DNA of 64,000 nt from an uncultured delta proteobacterium (lineage in GTDB: Bacteria > Desulfobacterota > Binatia > Binatales > Binataceae): assembly GCA_963711565.1 (NCBI GenBank), contig CAVQEQ010000001.1, forward strand, positions 576,001-640,000. The letters run 5' to 3'. The translations under genes were made by a program, and so were the position numbers. The notes under the pieces were generated by a model, which made no database searches, had not been told where the DNA came from, and worked only from the letters and a program-made list of their open reading frames with translations. This document shows, in pieces, positions 57,076 to 64,000 of the stretch; the first letter of the stretch is position 1, and each line of letters opens with the position of its first letter.

Positions 57076-59541
57076 TTATGGCGATCCCTTGAAGAGCTGC
57101 GTGAGCGGGATTTTTATCCCGGCGTACAAAGTGCGGCGGGGGCCGTACGTCGGCGAAAAAACCCCGATCCCGCTGCCATTGCGAATCTGATAAGTGTGGT
57201 CGAACACATTGATCAGGCTGATCCGCCCCTCGACGTTGCCGATCCCCGGCATCCTGAAGTTGCGGATTACCGCCGCGTTGAATTGCAGTATCGGCGGCAA
57301 CTCGCCACTGTTCGCGAAACCGCGGCGATAGCCGCTAGCCCAGATGCCGTCGGCTGTGAGCAGATTTCCCCAGAGTTTGTACGAGGCGCCGCCCGACCCG
57401 ACGAACATCTGATCGTCATCGAGCGTGACCCAGTGATTCGCGATGTAACCGATCTCGGACGCGTCGTCGGCGAGGAACGCACCGGCGCTGATCTTCTGCG
57501 CTTGCAGCACCGCGTAGGAAAAATTGAAATACCCCGACAGCCCATTGCGCTCCAGGGTCAGGCTGAAGTCGGAGCCCCACGCCCGGCTCGTGCGATAATT
57601 CAGCGGCGCGGTCACGACGCTGCCCGCAAGTTGCGCCAAGTCGAGCTGGTCGTGCCCAAATTTGTAAAAGCCATCGACCCCGGCGTTGAGGCCCTCGATG
57701 ATGCGCTGCCGAATCCCGGCGTCGAAGTAGTCGTCAGTCTCCGCCTCGATCTTGTCGTTGCCGCTGTTGACCGGCGCAGCATTGGTCGTGTCCTTAAACT
57801 TCTGCACGGTCTCGAGTGCGACCTGATCGAACGGCGGCACCTTGAAGTAGCGCGCGTAACCCGCATGCAGCGTCGTGCTGTGCGTCAGCGCGTATTCCAC
57901 CGCGAATCGCGGGCTCCATTGATTCTGAGTGACGAACGCGCTCATCCAGTCCCATCGCAAACCCGCATTTATCGTCAGCTTCTCAGTCGGATGCCATTCG
58001 TCCTGCGCGTAAAATCCGAGCAGCCACGCGATCTGATTGTTGTCATCGACGATCGAAAACGGATGGTCGCTGGTCGGCACGCCGTCCACCGCGTGAAACG
58101 TCTGCGCGTGATCGTCCAGCTCGATTGCCTCGCCGCTCATGTAAAATCCGGCGCGCAGCGTGTGCTGCGAACCCAGCTTGTAGCTGGTGTCTTCCTGCAG
58201 GCCGTTGATGAAGCCGGTGTGCAGGATCTCCGCCGCAACGCCGTTGTATATCAGGTCGCCGATCGGATCGGGGCTGTACTTCAGCTCGTAGTACCTGCTG
58301 AATGCCGCCAGCTGGTAGTTGAGGTTCTCGCCGACCGCCCCCTGCAAAGACAGGATGCCGTAATAATTTTGTTCGAGCTCGTTTTCCTTGACCTCCGACG
58401 ACGGATAAGTCGGCACGCCCGCGAGCGCGAACTGCTGTGGCAGGCCCGGCTCCGGCGGAATCTCGAATGAATTCACCGCCACGCCCGTCACCAGTGAGAG
58501 CCGCGTATCGGAATTTATTAGATACGACAAGTAGCCGAATCCCTGGCCCTGATCCGAGTAGTCGTGATTTGGATCGGGGCTGTCGGACGGCGCCTGAAGC
58601 CCGAGACTGTTGTGCTCGTAGAAACCGCTCAAGTAGTAGCTGAAGCGCCCCTTGCATCCGCCGATTTCGAAACTCGGCTGGACGGTCTCGCGCTGCCCGC
58701 CATACATTTCGATGTTGTCGTTGTCGGGTCCGCCGTCGGTGCATCCGTCCTTGGTCCGGATATCGATGATGCCTTCGGGGCGATAGCCGATCTCCGCGGG
58801 CAGCACGCCAGTCAGCAGTGTGATGCTATGCACGAAGCGGGGGCTGAAGATCTCGCCGAAGCTGGTCACCGCCTCCGGCATGAAAATGTCGTTGATGCGG
58901 TACTGGATACCGCCGCCGTTCTCGCCGTGGATATGAATCTGCTCCTGCCCCTGCGCGTATGCGTCCTGGCTCACTCCCGGCGCCTGCTGCAGCACCTGCG
59001 CGAGGTTGGTGTTCTGCCCTTCCGGCAGCTTCTGAATCGCCTGCTGATCGAAACGATAGGCGGTCGCGCCTATCTCCGGCGCCAGATCGTTACGCGCCTT
59101 GTTCAGCCGCTCGGTGATCACCTTGAGCGTCAGCGGCGCCGTTGCCTCCATCGCGAGGACCATCGGCTCGTGGCGTTTTCCGGGACTCATGACGATGGTC
59201 TCAAGCGTCGGCTTGAACCCCTGCTTGTTCACGCTGATGGTGTAGGTTCCGGGCGCGATCGTCCTGAATTGAAATGCCCCGGCCGGGTCGGTATGCGTGC
59301 GCGCAACCACGCGGCTACCCGCCTGCACGCGCACCTCGACGCCGGCGATTGGTCTTCCCAGAGCGTCCTTGATCGAGCCACTTAATTCGGGTCCACGCGC
59401 CGCATTGCTATTGGCGGCGCCGGCAATGCAGATGCTGACGGAGAACAAAATCGCGAGCGCAATAAAGATCAGGACGACGCAGACGTCACCAATTCGGTCG
59501 TCAATCGACTCACGAAACATCGCACGATTCCTGGTGGGCAT
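57076..59541 (-). CDS. TonB-dependent receptor with N-terminal carboxypeptidase-regulatory-like domain
   Basis: Plug (LQQAPGV, LPAEIG), beta-barrel (YAQDEW, GLRWD, SPR, N.FD..Y). Confidence 0.88.
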   Translation of the reverse strand: MPTRNRAMFRESIDDRIGDVCVVLIFIALAILFSVSICIAGAANSNAARGPELSGSIKDALGRPIAGVEVRVQAGSRVVARTHTDPAGAFQFRTIAPGTYTISVNKQGFKPTLETIVMSPGKRHEPMVLAMEATAPLTLKVITERLNKARNDLAPEIGATAYRFDQQAIQKLPEGQNTNLAQVLQQAPGVSQDAYAQGQEQIHIHGENGGGIQYRINDIFMPEAVTSFGEIFSPRFVHSITLLTGVLPAEIGYRPEGIIDIRTKDGCTDGGPDNDNIEMYGGQRETVQPSFEIGGCKGRFSYYLSGFYEHNSLGLQAPSDSPDPNHDYSDQGQGFGYLSYLINSDTRLSLVTGVAVNSFEIPPEPGLPQQFALAGVPTYPSSEVKENELEQNYYGILSLQGAVGENLNYQLAAFSRYYELKYSPDPIGDLIYNGVAAEILHTGFINGLQEDTSYKLGSQHTLRAGFYMSGEAIELDDHAQTFHAVDGVPTSDHPFSIVDDNNQIAWLLGFYAQDEWHPTEKLTINAGLRWDWMSAFVTQNQWSPRFAVEYALTHSTTLHAGYARYFKVPPFDQVALETVQKFKDTTNAAPVNSGNDKIEAETDDYFDAGIRQRIIEGLNAGVDGFYKFGHDQLDLAQLAGSVVTAPLNYRTSRAWGSDFSLTLERNGLSGYFNFSYAVLQAQKISAGAFLADDASEIGYIANHWVTLDDDQMFVGSGGASYKLWGNLLTADGIWASGYRRGFANSGELPPILQFNAAVIRNFRMPGIGNVEGRISLINVFDHTYQIRNGSGIGVFSPTYGPRRTLYAGIKIPLTQLFKGSP

Positions 59542-59644
59542 CTGTCTAGCGAATTAACACCAACATAGTTGAATATCGCAAGCGATTTGGCGAAACTCCA
59601 AGGATACCGTCGCAGTTGAGTCATCTGGTGTCGAGGAAGCTTTG

Positions 59645-60280
59645 ATGTCGAGCCTGTTTGAAGAAACAGATCGGCTCGTGAGAATTCCGATTGCGGACGG
59701 CGAGGTGTATTACCTAAGTGAGCTCAGGCTGGGACGCAACGCCGTTTCAATTTTGCGTCAGCTAATCGCGGACGTGGTATGGCGACAGGACAAAATCGTA
59801 GTGTGGGGCAAAATGTATTCGCAGCCGCGCTTGGTCGCGTGGTACGGAGATCGAGGCAGCGACTACACTTATTCCGGCATCAGACTTACGCCACTGCCAT
59901 GGACCGATCTGTTGCTTGAGGTCAGGAGACGCGTCGAGACAGTGACGGCGTCATCTTTCAACAGCGTGCTGCTGAACTACTACCGTGACAATCGAGATAG
60001 CATGGGATCCCATAGCGATGATGAACCGGAGCTTGGCGAAAGGCCTGTTATCGCATCGGTGAGTCTGGGTGAGGAACGGACGTTCGTCCTGAAGCACAAG
60101 GCAAACAAGCTTGCGAAGCCTGTCCGGCTAAGGCTTGCATCGGGGAGCCTGTTGTTGATGAAAGGTGAGACGCAGCGATATTGGAAGCACGGAATCGCGA
60201 AGGAAACCCGTCCACGCGGGCCGCGGATTAACCTGACTTTCCGCCGCATTGTCTCGCAAGCGAATGTGTTAGATAGATAA
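59645..60280 (+). CDS. AlkB family 2OG-Fe(II) dioxygenase (ALKBH2/3-like)
   Basis: QPRLVAWYG, NYYRD.RDSMGSHSDDE, WKHGI, RINLTFR. Confidence 0.92.
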   Translation: MSSLFEETDRLVRIPIADGEVYYLSELRLGRNAVSILRQLIADVVWRQDKIVVWGKMYSQPRLVAWYGDRGSDYTYSGIRLTPLPWTDLLLEVRRRVETVTASSFNSVLLNYYRDNRDSMGSHSDDEPELGERPVIASVSLGEERTFVLKHKANKLAKPVRLRLASGSLLLMKGETQRYWKHGIAKETRPRGPRINLTFRRIVSQANVLDR

Positions 60281-60304
60281 TTACCCGCGTAAAGGAGTCG
60301 CACC

Positions 60305-60931
60305 ATGATTGTTGTTCATCACCTTAACGATTCGCGTTCGCAACGAATCCTTTGGCTACTGGAAGAGCTGGGGCTGCCTTACGAGATCAAGCCTTATCAG
60401 CGCGATGCGCAAACCCGGCTGGCACCGCCGGAGTTGAAGAAGGTTCATGCGTTGGGCAAATCGCCGGTCATCACCGACGGGAATAAGACCATCATCGAAT
60501 CCGGCGCGATCATCGACTACATAATTCGACGCCACGGCGGAGGGCGTTTGCAGCCCGCGCCCGAGACGCCGGCGTACGACGAATACCAACAATGGATGCA
60601 CTATGCGGAAGGATCCGCGATGCTCCCGTTGATGCTCAACCTTTATGCCTTGCGGCTGGGTGATGCGGCGGCGGCACTGATGCCGCGAATCGAGAGCGAG
60701 ATCGCGAATCATCTGAGTTATATCGATGGCGCTTTGAAGGGCCGGCAGTTCCTGTTGGGCGACAAACTGACGGGCGCCGACATCCAGATGAGCTTCGTCG
60801 GCGAGGTGGCGGGAGCGTTCGGCAAGCGCGCTCAGTATCCAAATCTCGATGCGTGGACGAAGCGCATGCACGAGCAGCAGGCATACAAAAAGGCACTCGA
60901 GAAAGGCGGCGCGTATAACCTCGCGAACTAG
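60305..60931 (+). CDS. Glutathione S-transferase family protein
   Basis: SRSQRILWLLEEL, LGKSPV, ESGAI, TGADI. Confidence 0.92.
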   Translation: MIVVHHLNDSRSQRILWLLEELGLPYEIKPYQRDAQTRLAPPELKKVHALGKSPVITDGNKTIIESGAIIDYIIRRHGGGRLQPAPETPAYDEYQQWMHYAEGSAMLPLMLNLYALRLGDAAAALMPRIESEIANHLSYIDGALKGRQFLLGDKLTGADIQMSFVGEVAGAFGKRAQYPNLDAWTKRMHEQQAYKKALEKGGAYNLAN

Positions 60932-60932
60932 T

Positions 60933-61739
60933 CTAATCGCGCGGCGCGATCCGTACGGTGCAGAAGAGACCGCTGTGGTCGGAATAGGGAACGTCGGCGC
61001 TCTGATTTGCGATTAGCGCGAGGTGTGCCGAGACATCCCACGTGAGCGAGTTGGCTGCGACGATGTAGTCGATCCATTCGGGACGCCCGCCACGCGGGTT
61101 AACAGTCGTTCCGGGATTCCCCGGCGCGCGCGCCTCGGCAGTCAGGTCCGTGCCGAGGGCCTTGACGTGGGCATAGAGTGATTCGCGGAAGTCGGTATTG
61201 AAATCTCCCGCAACCAACGCGGGTAGTGAAGGATGGAATTGCGAGACGACCTTGCCTAGCTCGATGAGTTGAGCTTCGCGAACTTTGGCATAGTTACTGC
61301 CCGAATATTGTGACTGAAGATGAGTATTGATCGCGCAGATGCGCTGCTCGCCGTTTTCTAGCTCGACACTCAGAACACCCTTCCGGCCAAGTCCATCGCC
61401 CTCCCAGATTTTCCATACTGGCGCGCTAACCGTGAAGGCATCAAAGTCCGGCGAAGATACCGCGCGCCATCCCGCGGAAGCGCGGAGGAACGTCAGCAGT
61501 CCGCCGCGAGGACCACCGCCACGGCGCTTGCTATATGTAGGCATCCAATCTTGTTGCAGCGCCGTCGCGAGACGATCGACAAGCGAGCCGAGCCAGACTT
61601 CCTGCAACAGCAGAATGTCGGGCGACAGCTCGCGCACTTTCGCGCTCACGCGATCCATCCGAACGCCGGGATCCTTTGATAAGGGCCATGCCAGTCCGTG
61701 AAGGTTCCATGATAGGATCTTAAGGCAGATTTCGCGCAT
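60933..61739 (-). CDS. Endonuclease/exonuclease/phosphatase family protein
   Basis: SWN, LQEV, NTHL, GDFN, IDY, SDH. Confidence 0.88.
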   Translation of the reverse strand: MREICLKILSWNLHGLAWPLSKDPGVRMDRVSAKVRELSPDILLLQEVWLGSLVDRLATALQQDWMPTYSKRRGGGPRGGLLTFLRASAGWRAVSSPDFDAFTVSAPVWKIWEGDGLGRKGVLSVELENGEQRICAINTHLQSQYSGSNYAKVREAQLIELGKVVSQFHPSLPALVAGDFNTDFRESLYAHVKALGTDLTAEARAPGNPGTTVNPRGGRPEWIDYIVAANSLTWDVSAHLALIANQSADVPYSDHSGLFCTVRIAPRD

Positions 61740-61749
61740 CCGGGGCTAT

Positions 61750-63297
61750 CTAATGAGAGGGTTCGCCGGTGTCCGGTTTGAGGAATAGAGGAGGAGTGCG
61801 ATGGTGCCCGGTGAAATCGAACAGGTTGGTGAGCTGGCCGGCGATTGCGTCAAAGGAGCCTCCGCCAATCCTGCTAAGTGACCAGTTGTCTTCGATGAAG
61901 CGCGTGATTGAGGTCAGGTCGGTGATCGTATGGTCAACGGAATTCGGCCTCGCATAAGGCGAGATGACCAGCAACGGCAATCGCGGACCATAACCGCATC
62001 GCAACTCCGCGTGCCCCAGCGAAGGATCGCCTGACCCGCAGATTCCCATCCCGCTTAGCGCATCGAGAGGCGAGGTCGAACCGTTGAAGATAGGACTCAT
62101 CTGATGATCATAGTCACCATCGCTGTCGTCGAAGGCGATCACGATAGCCATGCTCTTCCACTGCCGCGTTTTCTCAAGCGCGTTGATTGTCTGGACCAGG
62201 AACATCTGCTCGTTCAGCGGATCCGAAATGCCGCCCGCATGACCGGTTTGATAGCGCACCGCTTTGACATAGCTAACCGCCGGCAGGTTATTGGCATTGG
62301 CAGCGGCCAGCAGGTCGTCCAGGTCGTACTCATGGTTGGCCGGGCCGGGATGCCCTATTTCGGAGACGTCGGCGGGCCGCGTGTGAGCCAAGTTGCTGCT
62401 CTGAGGATAGTACTGAAACGGAGTGTACTGGCCGTTGTAGTCGGCGATCAGCATGCCACTTATGGGATTGGTATGGCTACGCATACATCCTGTAGTGCCG
62501 TTAGGATTGACCGTCTGTAGGTTGAAACCGCCCTCGAAGGATCCCCAGCTTATCGCCTTATCATTCAACAGGTCGCCAATGTTCCTTCCCGCCATTTGAA
62601 CCGTCTGGGGAGCGCTGGCGAAGCATACGTCGCCGGTCGGCTGCGCATTGGCGACAAGAGTGCCATCCAGAACGACCTTGGTATTAGGCGGAGTCGCTGT
62701 TGCACCGTTGGTTTGGCCCGAAACCAGGTTGATATGTCCTAGCAAGGTGCTACCAAAGGTGGTGCCATAAGAGTTATCACTCATTGCAAAATGCTGCGCG
62801 TAATTCCACAACGCGGTCACGGTGTTACCGTCGAAATAGCCCATCACGAACGCACTGCCATAACCGTAATCGGGGCATCCTGGCGGAAGCTTAGTAAAGG
62901 GAGGGAACTTGTCCATCAGGCCCATATCGAACTGCTGCTGCTCGGCGAGGTAACCGTTGTCGCCGTCGCAGGTGAAACCTTGCGAGCGATCGTAGCGAAA
63001 CGGATTTACCCCGTTAGGATTGAAGTTTAGCAGCGTCGGCGTTAGTCCGTTAACCGACGGCGTGTCGTGAGCGGGATGGAACTCAGGCTCACCGGGAGGA
63101 TTGGCGGCGTTGGGATAAGTCCCGAAGTAGTGATCAAAGGTCTCGTTTTCCTGGAAAATAATTACCAGATGCTTGATAGGTGTGGTGGTAGAAAAACCGT
63201 CCGCTTCGTCGGCGATCGCTTGCTTCACCGATATAGTCGTGACCAGTGCCAGGACCGAAACAATCGCGCACAGCAATCTGGAAATCGATCGATACAT
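61750..63297 (-). CDS. Phosphoesterase (phospholipase C / acid phosphatase AcpA family)
   Basis: PIKHLVIIFQENETFDHYFG, YGPRLPLLVISPYA, SITRFIEDNW; signal peptide. Confidence 0.9.
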   Translation of the reverse strand: MYRSISRLLCAIVSVLALVTTISVKQAIADEADGFSTTTPIKHLVIIFQENETFDHYFGTYPNAANPPGEPEFHPAHDTPSVNGLTPTLLNFNPNGVNPFRYDRSQGFTCDGDNGYLAEQQQFDMGLMDKFPPFTKLPPGCPDYGYGSAFVMGYFDGNTVTALWNYAQHFAMSDNSYGTTFGSTLLGHINLVSGQTNGATATPPNTKVVLDGTLVANAQPTGDVCFASAPQTVQMAGRNIGDLLNDKAISWGSFEGGFNLQTVNPNGTTGCMRSHTNPISGMLIADYNGQYTPFQYYPQSSNLAHTRPADVSEIGHPGPANHEYDLDDLLAAANANNLPAVSYVKAVRYQTGHAGGISDPLNEQMFLVQTINALEKTRQWKSMAIVIAFDDSDGDYDHQMSPIFNGSTSPLDALSGMGICGSGDPSLGHAELRCGYGPRLPLLVISPYARPNSVDHTITDLTSITRFIEDNWSLSRIGGGSFDAIAGQLTNLFDFTGHHRTPPLFLKPDTGEPSH

Positions 63298-63391
63298 TTA
63301 GGTCCTCTTCGGAGCGCATGGCCTAGTCAAAATCGGCAAGTGGTAATAGATTCAATTGAGCGATATTTTAATGGTTGGCAGTACCCTTATA

Positions 63392-64000
63392 GTGGATACA
63401 GAAGCAAAAAGCGAAGCCGTCCTTTCGGAAATACCGGAGATCTCGCGCGAGGAACTCCGGCGCGGCTTCACGACCCGTCGCTCACGATCGTTGATGTCTT
63501 ACCCGCCGAGTCTTACGCTGCGGGGCACGTTCCAGGCGCGGTCAGCATTCCGCTCGAACTGGTCGCCAGCCGCGCGCCGGAACTTCTTCCCGATCACGCC
63601 GCGGAAATAGTTGTCTACTGCGGGAAGCTGACGTGCGACCGCAGCGAGCAGGCACTCGAGCAACTGCACAAACTCAGCTACTCGAATGTGCGCGACTATC
63701 GCGCCGGAATTGCCGACTGGGTGGAATCGGGGGAACCGACCGAGAGCATCGCTGAAGCCGCCTCCAAGCCGGATGCCGCGGCGGCGATTCTGGCAGGACC
63801 TCCGTTGACAGTTTCGCCCACCGGAGAAATCGGCCGACTCCCCGCACGCCTGTCGCAGATGCGTCGGTGGGACAACTCGGTGCTGGGCCTGGTTCAGCGG
63901 CAGTCCACTTTGCAGTTGTTCCTCCTCTGGCTCGCTATGATCCTGCTGTCCGGCGCCGGGTACTGGTTAGGTGCGCTGGCCGGCGAACACGGGCTGGTCG
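63392..64000 (+). pseudogene. Rhodanese domain fused to a membrane domain; frameshift near 63463; runs off the window
   Basis: EISREELRR continues after a 1-nt shift as RLHDPSLTIVDVLP...GHVPGA...IVVYC...GIADW, then TM LFLLWLAMILLSGAGYWL. Confidence 0.7.

Overview
GC-rich bacterial chromosomal window. The gene content (Thr-Ala-rich linkers, Trp/His-rich repeat protein, divergent RHS core, pqq operon) is suggestive of Candidatus Binatota or a similar soil lineage; this is inference and was not checked. Housekeeping and metabolic content: moaB and a moaD-moaE fusion, ispH, rluA-family synthase, msrA, a ZIP transporter, an RND pair, cysK, a BisC-like Mo enzyme, CoA-transferase/P450/GST, a three-gene L-rhamnose cluster, pqqABCDE (pqqA is missing from the ORF track), a multicopper oxidase, MarR plus FAD monooxygenase, a TonB-dependent receptor, AlkB and phosphoesterases. 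The accessory-looking 4.5-26 kb segment holds the most interesting material. (1) A fragmented RHS-derived polymorphic toxin/immunity array. It lacks the canonical DPxG autocleavage motifs; its two modules instead share a PRQxxHGRHPLY box, and one tip has mirror-symmetric Cys spacing (10-18-14-18-10). (2) An ECF sigma factor translationally coupled to a zinc anti-sigma domain that is fused to a TonB/TolA-like SxxxH helix and a vWA domain, with a second vWA paralog nearby. (3) An AI-2E transporter fused to an apparently intact cobalamin-binding domain, inside a cluster of general-stress microproteins. (4) A DUF3494 ice-binding adhesin. (5) Several REP-like repeat families. No rRNA, tRNA, CRISPR array or transposase was recognised. 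All family assignments are from motif recognition by eye; no database searches were run.
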